A stretch of 50,768 nt of DNA from Deltaproteobacteria bacterium (GTDB taxonomy: Bacteria > Myxococcota_A > Polyangia > DRWM01 > JAAZOP01): contig JAFGHH010000090.1 in NCBI GenBank assembly GCA_016930215.1, positions 1-50,768 on the forward strand, written 5' to 3'. How positions within the stretch are numbered: position 1 is the stretch's first letter; each line of letters starts with the position of its first letter. Below the pieces are notes generated by a model. That model was not told the origin of the DNA and made no database searches. It saw only the letters and a program-made list of their open reading frames with translations. Made by a program: the position numbers and the translations under genes. Shown here piece after piece: positions 30,973 to 40,818 of the stretch.

Positions 30973-32472
30973 ATGATCCGGAACGCCGTGCACGCGGGTC
31001 GAGGTGTCGTCGTCACGGGGCTGCTCTTGCTCCCGGTCCTCGGATGCTCGCCGGCCGACGACACCGTCGGGCCGACGGACGTGCGCCTCGACCGCGCCGA
31101 CACGTCGGGCGACGGGATCGTCCTCGAGGGGCTGGACGGGGAGACCTGCGACCCGACGGCCTGCGCCGAGGCCTGCGCCTTGCTCGGCTACCCGATCGGC
31201 AACTGCGTCGACGGCGCCTGCTCCTGCGAGCACGGCGCGGCGGACGCCGATACGGACGACGGCGGCGGGGCCGACGGCGACGAGGACGACGGCGGCGGCG
31301 GGCCCGACGCGGACGCCGACGCGCCGCTGGTCTGCCCGCCGGACCCCGGCGACGGCTGCGGGCCGACCGAAATCTGCGGCAACGGCTCGGACGACAACTG
31401 CGACGGCCAGGTCGACGAGGGTTGTTCGTGCGTGGGCGGCGAGGTGCAGGCGTGCTTCGCGGGGCCGCCCGGCCGGCGCGGGATCGGCGGCTGCGTGGAC
31501 GGTACGCAGATCTGTACCGGCTTCGAGTTCGGCTCGTGGGGCCCCTGCGAGGGGAGCATCCTGCCGGAGCCGGAGGTCTGCGACGGCAAGGACAACGACT
31601 GCGATACCTGCATCGACGACCTGGAGGAATGCCGGCCCTCGGTGATCTGCCCGACCGAGGACAACGCCCCGCCCCTCAACTGGTACGAGCTGCACTGCGA
31701 CGACTTCTACCCGGACGGCGGGGCGGACTGCACCTGGGACGTCGTCGCGCCCGCCGGCTCGGCGACGGTCGCCGTCGAGGCGCCGGCGGCGGAGGACACG
31801 CGGGTCTACTTCGACATCTCCGGCGACTACGTGATCACCGTGACGATCGTCGACCCGTACGGCGTGACCCACCTGTGCACCTTCGTCGTGCACGTGCGCG
31901 GCCAGGGGATCCGGGTCGAGATGTGGTGGAACGAGGCCGAGGGCGGGGACAGCGTGTCGGACGTCGACCTGCACTTCCACCGCGACCGCAGCGGCAGCGG
32001 CTGGTTCAACGGGGACGACTGCTACTACGGGAACTGCGTGGTCAATCCGATCATCCCCTGGGTTTCGTACACCATCGCCTGGGGCTACCCGGACTCGCCG
32101 ACCACCGCCTGCGCCCGCAGCCGCTGCCCGAACCCGCGGCTGGACATCGATGACGTCGAGGGGTGGGGTCCGGAAAACGCGAACATCGATGGCGCGCACG
32201 ACGGCGACCTGTTCCGCGTGGCGGTCCACTACTACGACGACGACACCTGGGACGGCCCGGCGGACGTGATGGTGCGGGTCTACTGCGGCGGCACGCCGCG
32301 CGTCGTCTACGGCCCGGCGCGGATCAACAACGACGTCGCCGGGACCGGCGAGATCTGGCGCGTCGCCGACATCGTCGCCCGCGGGCCCACCGGCGACGAC
32401 TGCGAGGTCACCAGCCTGGCCACCGGCTCCGCCTTCGACATCCGCCCCGACTCCTCCCGCTCCGGCTTCTGA
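30973..32472 (+). CDS. lipoprotein with MopE-like Cys-rich (CxxxGxDDNCDGxxDE) repeats and a C-terminal beta-rich domain
   Basis: The ATG at 30973 follows GGAGGAGG, in frame with ORF 30883..32472. Lipobox LLLPVLGC. EICGNGSDDNCDGQVDEGC and EVCDGKDNDCDTCIDD motifs. Confidence 0.8.
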   Translation: MIRNAVHAGRGVVVTGLLLLPVLGCSPADDTVGPTDVRLDRADTSGDGIVLEGLDGETCDPTACAEACALLGYPIGNCVDGACSCEHGAADADTDDGGGADGDEDDGGGGPDADADAPLVCPPDPGDGCGPTEICGNGSDDNCDGQVDEGCSCVGGEVQACFAGPPGRRGIGGCVDGTQICTGFEFGSWGPCEGSILPEPEVCDGKDNDCDTCIDDLEECRPSVICPTEDNAPPLNWYELHCDDFYPDGGADCTWDVVAPAGSATVAVEAPAAEDTRVYFDISGDYVITVTIVDPYGVTHLCTFVVHVRGQGIRVEMWWNEAEGGDSVSDVDLHFHRDRSGSGWFNGDDCYYGNCVVNPIIPWVSYTIAWGYPDSPTTACARSRCPNPRLDIDDVEGWGPENANIDGAHDGDLFRVAVHYYDDDTWDGPADVMVRVYCGGTPRVVYGPARINNDVAGTGEIWRVADIVARGPTGDDCEVTSLATGSAFDIRPDSSRSGF

Positions 32473-33135
32473 TCAGATGTGGAAGCTGATCCGCCCCAGC
32501 AGGTCGGTGTTGAACCCCCAGGACGTGTCCTCGCCCGCGTCGAAGTACAGGAACGAGAAGTCCAGCAGCAGGCCCACCGACATCCAGGAGACGAAGCGAA
32601 CGTCGAGCGCCGCGCCGGCGCGGCCGATGAACCCGTTCGTCGTCACTTCCTCGCCCGGCACCGCCGCGTGGCGCGAGGCGTCGAGCGTCAGGCCGGGGGT
32701 GGTGAGGTACGAGTAGCCGACCCCGAACAGGAACGACGGGTCGGCGACCAGCTCGGTGCCGAGGATGTGCCAGCCGACGTGGAGCACGAGCTGCGTCAGA
32801 TCCGCCTCGGCACCGCTGTCGAAGGTCAACCCCGACTGGCGGAAATCGACCCCGAGCTCGACGAAATCGACCAGCAGGACGCCGACCGAGCCGCCGGCCG
32901 CCCACCCCTCGCCCTTGTAGCTCTTCGTCATGTTGTCGATGACGTCCTGCTCGGAGTCCGGCAGGGTGTCGTAGTTGGCGGGGTTCAGCGCGCCGGAGTA
33001 GTCGAGGGCGGTCATGTCGAGGTACTCGAAGCCGCCGCCGCCACGGATGTAGATCTCGAACGCCGAGGCGCCGGCCGGGGCGGCGGTCCCCAGCACGACC
33101 AGCGCCGCCACCACTGTCGCGAGCCTGTTGCGCAT
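32473..33135 (-). CDS. small outer-membrane beta-barrel-like protein
   Basis: In frame with ORF 32473..33156. Start at 33135 (MRNRLATVVAALVVLGTAAPAGASA signal), with GGAAGGAG upstream. Alternating hydrophobic pattern; ends ...LLGRISFHI. Confidence 0.7.
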   Translation of the reverse strand: MRNRLATVVAALVVLGTAAPAGASAFEIYIRGGGGFEYLDMTALDYSGALNPANYDTLPDSEQDVIDNMTKSYKGEGWAAGGSVGVLLVDFVELGVDFRQSGLTFDSGAEADLTQLVLHVGWHILGTELVADPSFLFGVGYSYLTTPGLTLDASRHAAVPGEEVTTNGFIGRAGAALDVRFVSWMSVGLLLDFSFLYFDAGEDTSWGFNTDLLGRISFHI

Positions 33136-33442
33136 CGAGCTGCTCCTTCCATCCACCGTCCGCGTCGCCGTCGCGCGCGGATCCGCTTCCTTCGTGTAGC
33201 ATCCCGGTGGTTCCCGTTCAACCGGGAGGCGGCACGCCGTCGACTCCCCAACCGGCGGCGGTGTTCAACCTCGTGAACCGACAAGCGGAACGACGTGGCC
33301 GGTGTGGGACTCCGTGGCACATGAAGGGTACCTGCTCACCTGCACAGGACTCCACGTTTTTTGACCGTTCGCGGGAGGCGGCGTACACCTCTCGCAGGCA
33401 GGGGCGAGCGCCGCCCGCAGGCGGCAGGGCACGGAGGCGGGG

Positions 33443-33691
33443 ATGGTGATCGATCGCGAGAAGATGGTGAAGGCGCTGCGCGACCGGCTCCACGAGGCAT
33501 TCATGTCGCGCTACCAGGGCTCCGCCTACGCGCGGATCGCGCGGGCCACGGGCTACGCCGACGGCTACATGCAGGCGCTGCTCGACGCGGGCCTGGTAGG
33601 GGAGAAGGAGCTGCTGTCGGTCGTGGGGGAGGAGCGGCAGCGCGCGTTCCGCACCGAGAACCCGTTCCCGGTCGCCGCGGACGCGGCGTAG
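33443..33691 (+). CDS. small hypothetical protein (82 aa)
   Basis: ORF 33443..33691. GGAGGCGGGG upstream. Nearly every codon ends in G/C, like the confirmed genes here. Confidence 0.6.
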   Translation: MVIDREKMVKALRDRLHEAFMSRYQGSAYARIARATGYADGYMQALLDAGLVGEKELLSVVGEERQRAFRTENPFPVAADAA

Positions 33692-33699
33692 GCTTCCGG

Positions 33700-34953
33700 T
33701 CAGGTTCCCGCGGCGTAGTCCGAGCGATAGGCGACCTGCTCGGGCGTGAGCCTGTCGATCTCGATTCCGAGCGTTTCCAGCTTCAGCGCGGCCAGCTCCT
33801 GGTCCTGCTCGCGAGGCAGGTCGTGGACGTCCTTGGAGAGCCTGTCGCCCTCGCGGTGCAGGCGGACCAGCGCCAGCAGCTGGTTGGCGAAGCTCATGTC
33901 CATCACCTCCGACGGGTGCCCCTCGGCGGCGGCGAGGTTGACCAGGCGGCCCTGGGCCAGGAGATAGATCCGCCGTCCGTCCCTCATCCGGTACTCCTCG
34001 TTGTTCGGGCGGACCTCGCGGTGCGACTCGGCCAGCGCCTCGAGGTCCGGGATGCGGATCTCGCAGTCGTAGTGGCCGGTGTTGCAGACGATGGCGCCGT
34101 CCTTCATCACGCGGAAGTGGCGTTCGGTGAGGACGTCTTTCATGCCGGTGGCGGTGATGAAGACGTCGCCGAGCTTCGCGGCCTCGTCCATCGGCAGCAC
34201 CTGGAAGCCCTCGAGGCGGGCCTTGAGGGCCTGGATCGGGTCGACCTCGGTGACCACCACCAGGCAGCCCATGCCGCGGGCGCGCATCGCGGTGCCGCGA
34301 CCGCAGTGGCCGAAGCCGGCGACGACGAAGGTCTTGCCGGCCAGCAGGACGGCGGTCGAGCGGACGATGCCGTCGATCGAGGACTGGCCGGTGCCGTAGA
34401 CGTTGTCGAAGTCCCACTTGGTCTCGGCGTCGTTGACGGCGATCACGGGGTACAACAGCTTGCCGGCCTTGCCCATCGCGCGCAGGCGATGCACGCCGGT
34501 GGTCGTCTCCTCGGTGCCGCCGCGGATGCCCCGGGCCAGCTCCGGGTGCCGGTTGTGGACCGAGAAGATCAGGTCCGCGCCGTCGTCGAGGGTCAACGTC
34601 GGTTTGAAGTCGAGCGAGCGATCGATGCACCAGTAGAACTCCTCGACCGACAGGCCGCGCCAGGCGTAGATGCTGGCGCCTTCGTCGGCGAGGCAGGCCG
34701 CGACGTCGTCCTGGGTCGACAGCGGGTTGCAGCCCGACCACGACACCTCGGCGCCGGCCGCGCGCAGGGTGCGCACGAGCACTCCGGTCTCCTTGGTGAC
34801 GTGCAAGCAACCGGCGATGCGGGCGTTCTTGAGCGGCTGCTCGCGCGCGAAGCGCTCGCGCAGCCGCATCAGCACCGGCATCCGGGACTCGGCCCACTCG
34901 AGCTTGAGCCGGCCCTGGGGAGCGAGGGACAAATCGGCGACCTTGAACTTCAT
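33700..34953 (-). CDS. ahcY: adenosylhomocysteinase
   Basis: ORF 33700..34953. RIAGCLHVTKETGVL, GGTEETTTGV, NDAETKWDFDNVYGTGQS, VAGFGHCGRG (NAD site), CNTGHYDCEI. Confidence 0.95.
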   Translation of the reverse strand: MKFKVADLSLAPQGRLKLEWAESRMPVLMRLRERFAREQPLKNARIAGCLHVTKETGVLVRTLRAAGAEVSWSGCNPLSTQDDVAACLADEGASIYAWRGLSVEEFYWCIDRSLDFKPTLTLDDGADLIFSVHNRHPELARGIRGGTEETTTGVHRLRAMGKAGKLLYPVIAVNDAETKWDFDNVYGTGQSSIDGIVRSTAVLLAGKTFVVAGFGHCGRGTAMRARGMGCLVVVTEVDPIQALKARLEGFQVLPMDEAAKLGDVFITATGMKDVLTERHFRVMKDGAIVCNTGHYDCEIRIPDLEALAESHREVRPNNEEYRMRDGRRIYLLAQGRLVNLAAAEGHPSEVMDMSFANQLLALVRLHREGDRLSKDVHDLPREQDQELAALKLETLGIEIDRLTPEQVAYRSDYAAGT

Positions 34954-35092
34954 CGGAGCCTCCTGCGGCGGGCGCGGAGCGCCCCGGCCGCGACCGGCGA
35001 GGGATAGCCCAGATCGGAGGGCGGTTCAATCGGGAGAAGTCGAGGCGTCGAGAGCTCGGCGGCGGGCGGGTGAAGGCCGACCGTGCCGAGAG

Positions 35093-36511
35093 TCAGCGGA
35101 ACGCGAGCGGCACCACGATGCGCTCGGTGCGCGTCGTTCCGTCGGCCCCCTCCAGCAGCACATCGACCAGCGCCGCGGGTTCGGGCGCGGGCCGCCAATC
35201 GAGCGTCTCGAGCCGGGCGTGGCCGCCGGCGGGCGGCGCGACCAGACGCTCGACGAGCTCGCCGTCGGCGGCGACGAACAGCGTCCCGGCGGTCCGGCCG
35301 TCCACGCCGCGCGTGACGACGTGGCGCGTGCCGGCGGCGGACCGCTCCAGCCACACCCAGTCGCGCACCCCGTCACCGTCGAGGTCCGGCAGCAGGCGGT
35401 ACCCGCGGCTCCACCGCTCGGCCGGGGCGACGGCATCGCCCGCGGCGTCGAGCAACGACCGTGTCCGGCCGGCAGGCAACCGGACGCCGTCGGGCGTCTC
35501 CAGCAGCGCGAGGCGCGGGACGGCCGCGGCAACGAGGCCCGCGGCCGGGTCGAGGCAGCGGACCGACTCGACCAGCTCGCCCTCGACCCCGGCGGCCAGC
35601 AAGCCGGCCTCGCGCCGGACGGTCAGGTCCCTCAGGTCGACGTACGGGCAATCGACGGCCAGCAACAGCGCGACGATGCGGTCGAGCCGCGGGTCGCCGA
35701 GCGAGGCGAAGTGACCGTCGCCGCGCGGCGCGGTGCGCCAGGCCCGGGGCACGCCGTCGCCGCCGCTCCAGGCGCGCAGCAGCAGGCACGGGTCGGCCGG
35801 GGGCTCGTCGTAGCATCCCTCGGCGACCCCCGGCGGGGGCGGGCCGCAATCCGGATCCGCCGCCGGAGCCGGCTCCAGCGGATCCGGACAGACCTCGTGC
35901 CAGCGCAGCGACACCAGCTCCACGACCCCCTCGCCCTCCAGGTCAACGACCGCCACCGCATCGGCCGGCTCGAGCGCCTCCCACAGCAGCTCGACGCGCG
36001 GGGGACGCGCTTCCGCGACGACGCCCCAGGCGGCGGGGAGCGGCCCCGCAAGGTCCCCGCGGGGCTCCGCCGCCTGCTCGGCAAGGATGGTCCACTCGCC
36101 TCTCTCCTCCGCGCCTGCCGGCCACAACGGGACCGGCGGCTCGGCCCCGGCGAAGCGCAGCGCGGGTGCCTCCGCAAGCGGACGGGCGGGGTCGAACAGC
36201 AACCAGGCGCCCGGGGAGCCGTCGAGCGCACGGACGGCCACCAGCGCCAGCGGGCCGACCTCGTCGGTCTGCGGCAGCGGCAGGACGGAGACCGGCTCCC
36301 AGCCGGCGGCGACGAAGGCCTCGGGGTCGAGCCACGGCAGATCCGAGCCGGCGGCGCGTTGCGGCTCGGCCGCGCCGGGTCCCTCGGGGGGCCCGGGCAC
36401 GGACACCGCGGGAGGCTCGACCGGGGTCGTCCCGGAACCCGGAGGACAGGCGGTTCCCGACAGGACGAGGCAGACGGAAGACAGCCATCGACAGAGGAGT
36501 GCTCGCGACAT
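35093..36511 (-). CDS. hypothetical lipoprotein
   Basis: In frame with ORF 35093..36808. Start at 36511 (MSRALLCRWLSSVCLVLSGTAC), with GAGGAG upstream. Confidence 0.7.
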   Translation of the reverse strand: MSRALLCRWLSSVCLVLSGTACPPGSGTTPVEPPAVSVPGPPEGPGAAEPQRAAGSDLPWLDPEAFVAAGWEPVSVLPLPQTDEVGPLALVAVRALDGSPGAWLLFDPARPLAEAPALRFAGAEPPVPLWPAGAEERGEWTILAEQAAEPRGDLAGPLPAAWGVVAEARPPRVELLWEALEPADAVAVVDLEGEGVVELVSLRWHEVCPDPLEPAPAADPDCGPPPPGVAEGCYDEPPADPCLLLRAWSGGDGVPRAWRTAPRGDGHFASLGDPRLDRIVALLLAVDCPYVDLRDLTVRREAGLLAAGVEGELVESVRCLDPAAGLVAAAVPRLALLETPDGVRLPAGRTRSLLDAAGDAVAPAERWSRGYRLLPDLDGDGVRDWVWLERSAAGTRHVVTRGVDGRTAGTLFVAADGELVERLVAPPAGGHARLETLDWRPAPEPAALVDVLLEGADGTTRTERIVVPLAFR

Positions 36512-36749
36512 CGGCCTGGTCTCCTCGCCGGCCCAACGGCGACCGACGCGAGACGAGCCTAGTACAGCCCCGCACAAGTTCGTAGGGGGATCCGCAACGG
36601 ATTCCCCGGCCGGCGGGGCGTCCGGCGGCGCCGCCCGGCCCGCACGGCAGAGCCGCCGCCGGACGTGCAGTTGCCGCGGCCCGGCGCACCGTGCTATCGG
36701 TGCCGGACCTCCGGAGCGACTCCCCCGGGGGATGATGAAGGAGAGCGGC

Positions 36750-37769
36750 ATGCGTGCAGCACGTTGGCTGGTCCTGGTAGTGGCGGTCGTCGGCCTGGGA
36801 TGCGGCAAGAAGGGACCCGCGCCGGCCGGAGCGGCGCCGGAAAGCGGCCAGTACCTGCCGGCGGAGGCGGCAGGCTACTTCGAGCTGGACGTCAAGGCGC
36901 TGATGGCCTCGTCGCTGATCCAGCCGTTGCGCGACAAGATGCTGGAGCAGGTGCCGCCGGCATGCCGACCGCTGGTCGACCGCACGGAGCGGCTCGTGCT
37001 GGCTCTGTACGGCTCGCCGGATGCGCTCCTGGGCGGGATGTTCGGCGCGAGGGACGAGGAGTACGGGGACGAGCCGGGCGAGGGCGAGGGGCGGGCCGAA
37101 GAGCCGGCATCACCGATGCCGGACATGGCGCTGCTGCTCAAGGGCCCCGCCGCCGCCGACCTCCGGAGCTGCCTCGATGGACTGGCCAAGGAGGGAGACC
37201 AGCCGGTCCGCGAGGAGGAGCGCAACGGCCGCAAGATACTGTTCGGCGGCCGGGGCGAGCAGTTCGCACTGGTCTCACCCACGGACACCGTTCACGTGAT
37301 GTGCACGGTGCCGCGGCTGGACGCCGTGCTGGCGACCATGGCGGGCGGCCCCTCGATCGAGGGCAGCGAGCTGCTGAAGACGATGGCGACGATGTCGTCC
37401 GGGGCGATCGTCGGGGCGTTGCTGATCCCCGAGTCGGTCGCGGCGATGATGACCGAAGGATTCGCAATGTTCGCCGGAGACAAGCCGGTTCCGGCGCCCC
37501 GCTCGGCCGCCTTGTCGATCGGTCTGGGCGACGCGGTCACGGTTGCGGCGGCGATGACCTTCACGGACGAAGCGGGAGCGCAGGGACTGCTCGACATCGC
37601 CAACGGCTTGATCGGCGCGGCGAAGGCCGCGATGGCCATGGCGGGGGCCGACAACCCCGAGGCGGCGCCGTACAAGCGGATGCTCGACAGCCTGTCCCTC
37701 TCCCGCAGCGGCGCGACCCTCACCGGCCGGATCTCCATCTCCGGCGACCTGCTGAAGATGCTCCTGTAG
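36750..37769 (+). CDS. hypothetical lipoprotein
   Basis: The ATG at 36750 follows GAAGGAGAG, in frame with ORF 36087..37769. Lipobox VVAVVGLGC. Confidence 0.75.
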   Translation: MRAARWLVLVVAVVGLGCGKKGPAPAGAAPESGQYLPAEAAGYFELDVKALMASSLIQPLRDKMLEQVPPACRPLVDRTERLVLALYGSPDALLGGMFGARDEEYGDEPGEGEGRAEEPASPMPDMALLLKGPAAADLRSCLDGLAKEGDQPVREEERNGRKILFGGRGEQFALVSPTDTVHVMCTVPRLDAVLATMAGGPSIEGSELLKTMATMSSGAIVGALLIPESVAAMMTEGFAMFAGDKPVPAPRSAALSIGLGDAVTVAAAMTFTDEAGAQGLLDIANGLIGAAKAAMAMAGADNPEAAPYKRMLDSLSLSRSGATLTGRISISGDLLKMLL

Positions 37770-37885
37770 ACCGGCGCGGCGAACCCCAGAGACCTCCCGA
37801 CCGACATCGCGTACCGACGCAACCGAACCACACCGACCGTCCAGGCACGTATTCGTGCACCAAAACACCGTACACAATTCGACGG

Positions 37886-37914
37886 TTGACGAATCGTTCG
37901 TGGTCGAATAGTTT
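37886..37914 (+). promoter_or_regulatory. sigma70-like promoter TTGACG-N17-TAGTTT in an AT-enriched pocket upstream of the MarR gene
   Basis: ttgacg at 37886-37891, 17-nt spacer, tagttt at 37909-37914. The ATG is at 37964. Confidence 0.5.
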
Positions 37915-37917
37915 CGA
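37904..37917. promoter_or_regulatory. candidate MarR operator palindrome TCGAA-TAGT-TTCGA overlapping the -10 box
   Basis: tcgaatagtttcga read directly. Neighbouring related palindromes: cgaatcgttcg at 37890-37900, ttcgatacgaa at 37913-37923, gcacgtattcgtgc at 37845-37858. Confidence 0.45.
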
Positions 37918-37963
37918 TACGAATCGCACATCGACATCAAGTTCGACCAACCGGAGGGAGAAG

Positions 37964-38518
37964 ATGACCGAAGGAATCGAGGAGAGCATCTTGCGTTCGC
38001 TCCGACGAATCGTGCGCGGGATCGATCTCTACAGCCGTCAGCTGGCAACGCGGTACTCCCTCACGGGACCGCAGCTCGTGTGTCTGCGGCAGCTCTCGAA
38101 GGCGGGAGCGGTCTCGGCCGGGGAGCTTGCGGAGTCGGTGTCGGTGAGCAAGCCGACGGCCAGCGGGATCCTGGACCGGCTCGATCTGCGGGGCCTGGTG
38201 CGGCGCGTGCGAGACGAGGCGGACCGGCGGCGGGTGATCGTCGATCTGACGGCGGCGGGAGCGGAGCTGGTGCGGACGGCACCGACACCGCTGCAGCAGC
38301 GGTTGGCGGAGCGGTTGGGAAAACTGCCGTCCGCGGAGCAGGAGGAGATCGACCGGGTTCTGCGGCGGATCGTGGAGATGATGGAGGCACAGGCGCTGGA
38401 CGCGGCGCCGATGCTGACCGTGGGGCCGTTGACGGCGGACGCGAGCGTCGAGAGCGGCGGGGCGCCGGGAGTGGAATCGATCGACGTCGAGCGGACCCGG
38501 CGCGTGGAGGGTTCCTGA
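37964..38518 (+). CDS. MarR-family transcriptional regulator
   Basis: The ATG at 37964 follows GGAGGGAG, in frame with ORF 36665..38518. Winged HTH: LTGPQLVCLRQLSKAGAVSAGELAESVSVSKPTASGILDRLDLRGLVRRVRDEADRRRVIVDLT. Confidence 0.9.
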   Translation: MTEGIEESILRSLRRIVRGIDLYSRQLATRYSLTGPQLVCLRQLSKAGAVSAGELAESVSVSKPTASGILDRLDLRGLVRRVRDEADRRRVIVDLTAAGAELVRTAPTPLQQRLAERLGKLPSAEQEEIDRVLRRIVEMMEAQALDAAPMLTVGPLTADASVESGGAPGVESIDVERTRRVEGS

Positions 38519-40815
38519 TGGAGCGACGCAGGATGAAGGCCGTGAGGTCCGACGAGAAGCTCGCGGTGACACCATTCGTTCTGGCCACGGACCTGGACGG
38601 CACGCTCTTGGGAGGTCGGGAGGACGACCGGTCCCGGCTCTTCTCGTTGTTACGCGCGCGGTCACCGGAGCAACTGCTGATCTTCGTGTCCGGCCGGGGG
38701 CTGGAGACCGTTCTGCCGGTGCTCAACGACCCGTTGGTGCCGCGTCCGGACTATGTGATCGCGGACGTCGGGGCCACGGTGGTGCATGGGACGGACCTGG
38801 CTCCGGTCGACCCGATCCTGTCCGGGATTGCGGGCGCGTGGCCCGGCACGCACCAGGTGCTCACGGCGCTCGCGCGGTTCCCCGAGCTGCAGCGACAGAC
38901 CGTGCCGCAGGAGCGCCGCTGCTCGTTCTTCCTCGACCCGGCGTTGCGCCTGGACCCGGACCTGCTGCGCACCGTGAAGGCGCTCGATTGCGACCTCGTA
39001 CGCTCGGCAGGACGCTACCTCGACGTCCTGCCGCACGGCGTGTCGAAGGGCTCGACGTTGCGCGCCCTGCTGCGGCACCTGGCGCTCGACGCCGCCTGCG
39101 TGGTGACCGCCGGCGACACGCTCAACGACCTGTCGATGCTGGAGGCGGAGTGGCGTTCGGTCGTGGTCGGCGGTGCGGAGGAGGCGTTGACCGAGCGGCT
39201 GCGGGACCGGGAGGGGGTGTACCACGCTCGGGCACCGGGGGCGGGCGGCATCCTGGAAGGGCTCGAGCGGCTCGGGGTCCTGGCGAGCCGGCAGCCGGAC
39301 CGGCCGGTCGAACACTCGGGGGCGGACCCGGACGTCGGTTCGCAGTTGGTGATGGTCTACCACCGGCTGCCGTACGACGAGGTGCGGGACGGCGCACGGA
39401 CGACCCGACGTCGGCCGCGGAGTCCGAACGGCATCCTGCCGACGCTGCTCGGGTTCTTCGCCGGGGGGCGCCCGGGCCACTGGGTGGCATGGTCGCACCA
39501 GGAGAGCCGGGCGCCGGAGGGGTTCGAGAGCGAGGTGCCGGTGGACCGGGAGCACTATCCGCGGCTGACGGCAGCACGCGTGGCGTTGACCCGGCAGGAC
39601 GTCGACCTGTTCTACAAGCGGTTCTCCAAGGAGGCCTTCTGGCCGATCATCTTCTCGTTTCCCGGCCGGGTCGTGTTCCACCACGACCACTGGGCGCACT
39701 TCGTGGAGGTCAACCGGCTGTTCGCCGAGCGGGCGGCGGCGGTGGCCGGGCCGGGGGCGATTGTCTGGGTCCACGACTACAACCTGTGGCTGGTGCCCGG
39801 GCATCTGAGGCAGCTGCGCCCCGACCTGCGCATCGGCTTCTTCCACCACACGGCGTTCCCGCCCTCGGACGTGTTCAACATCATCCCCTGGTACCGGGAG
39901 ATCGTGGGCAGTCTGGTGCAGTGCGACTACATCGGCTTCCACATCCCGCGGTACGTGGAGAACTTCGCGGACGTGGTACGGTCGCGGGGACCGGCCCGCA
40001 CGCTGGCCCGCGAGTCGTGTGCACCCCGCTTCGTGACGTACGGCTGCGCGCTGGGCGTGGACGTGATGACGACGGCGCTCGAGGTCAACGGACGGCGGGT
40101 CGGGCTGGGCGCGCACCCGGTCGGGATCGACGTGCGGCGGATCCGCGAGCTGCTGGAGCGGCCGGAGGCGCGGGAGCGCATGCGGGAGATCCGGACGGGG
40201 CTGCGCGGGCGGCGCTGCGTTCTGTCGATCGCCCGCCTCGACTACGTCAAGGGACCGCTGGAGAAGCTGGCCGCGTTCGAGCGGCTGCTCGAGCGGCATC
40301 CGGAATTGCACGGCGAGGTCGAGCTGGTGAAGGTGGTGACGCCGGCGGCCCCCGGCATGGAAACCTACCGCGCGACCAGCGAGAAGGTCGACCAGGCGGT
40401 CGGGCGGATCAACGGCCGTTTCGGGCGGATCGATTGGACCCCCGTGCGCTACTTCAAGCGCGCGCTGCCGTTCGACGAGGTGCTGGCGTACTACGCGGTG
40501 GCCGACGTGGCCTGGATCACGCCGTTGCGCGACGGCCTGAACCTGGTGGCCAAGGAGTACGTCGCCGCCAAGGGCGTCACGGACGACCACGGCGTACTGG
40601 TGCTGTCGGAGTTCGCCGGGGCGGCGGTCGAGCTGTTCGGTGCGCTGCTGACGAACCCCTACGACACGGAGCGGATGGAGGAGGACCTGCTGCGCGCCCT
40701 GACGATGTCGAGCGAGGAGCGCCGGGAGCGGACTCGTCGCCTGTTCGACATCGTGCGGGTGCACGACATCCACCGCTGGGGCCGGGAGTTCCTCCGGGCG
40801 GTCGCGGGCGACTGA
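38518..40815 (+). CDS. ggpS: bifunctional HAD-IIB phosphatase (N-terminal) + GT20 sugar-phosphate synthase (C-terminal); probable glucosylglycerol-phosphate phosphatase/synthase (GgpPS-like)
   Basis: The ATG at 38518 overlaps the marR stop (TGATG), in frame with ORF 38080..40815. HAD motifs LATDLDGTLL and AGDTLNDLSM. The GT20 part has VMVYHRLPYDEVRDG...SPNGILPTLLGFF...WVAW, SKEAFWPIIFSFP, WVHDYNLWLVPGHLRQLRP, FFHHTAFPPSDVFNIIPW, GFHIPRYVENF and WITPLRDGLNLVAKEY. From memory these match GgpS better than OtsA. Confidence 0.75.
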   Translation: MERRRMKAVRSDEKLAVTPFVLATDLDGTLLGGREDDRSRLFSLLRARSPEQLLIFVSGRGLETVLPVLNDPLVPRPDYVIADVGATVVHGTDLAPVDPILSGIAGAWPGTHQVLTALARFPELQRQTVPQERRCSFFLDPALRLDPDLLRTVKALDCDLVRSAGRYLDVLPHGVSKGSTLRALLRHLALDAACVVTAGDTLNDLSMLEAEWRSVVVGGAEEALTERLRDREGVYHARAPGAGGILEGLERLGVLASRQPDRPVEHSGADPDVGSQLVMVYHRLPYDEVRDGARTTRRRPRSPNGILPTLLGFFAGGRPGHWVAWSHQESRAPEGFESEVPVDREHYPRLTAARVALTRQDVDLFYKRFSKEAFWPIIFSFPGRVVFHHDHWAHFVEVNRLFAERAAAVAGPGAIVWVHDYNLWLVPGHLRQLRPDLRIGFFHHTAFPPSDVFNIIPWYREIVGSLVQCDYIGFHIPRYVENFADVVRSRGPARTLARESCAPRFVTYGCALGVDVMTTALEVNGRRVGLGAHPVGIDVRRIRELLERPEARERMREIRTGLRGRRCVLSIARLDYVKGPLEKLAAFERLLERHPELHGEVELVKVVTPAAPGMETYRATSEKVDQAVGRINGRFGRIDWTPVRYFKRALPFDEVLAYYAVADVAWITPLRDGLNLVAKEYVAAKGVTDDHGVLVLSEFAGAAVELFGALLTNPYDTERMEEDLLRALTMSSEERRERTRRLFDIVRVHDIHRWGREFLRAVAGD

Positions 40816-40818
40816 GCG

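Noticed and set aside
33315-33330. TGGCAC at 33315-33320 as a sigma54 promoter for the small ORF at 33443
   Set aside because: The position 12 nt downstream of the GG is GT, not GC, and the nearest TGC is 18 nt away. Sigma54 promoters do not tolerate that spacing.
33340-33362. T6 run at 33356-33361 as an intrinsic terminator
   Set aside because: The preceding sequence contains a direct repeat of GGACTCC (33307 and 33347) rather than an inverted one. The best stem is only 4 bp (CCTG/CAGG). The run overlaps a TTGACC -35-like box, so it is more likely part of a promoter.
34954-35092. SAH riboswitch upstream of ahcY
   Set aside because: I read the minus-strand leader and could not find the conserved SAH-riboswitch core segments as I remember them (AGGAGCGCUGC ... 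AACGGCGCUCA). Only a GGGGCGCUCC fragment is present. A cmscan against Rfam would be the decisive test.
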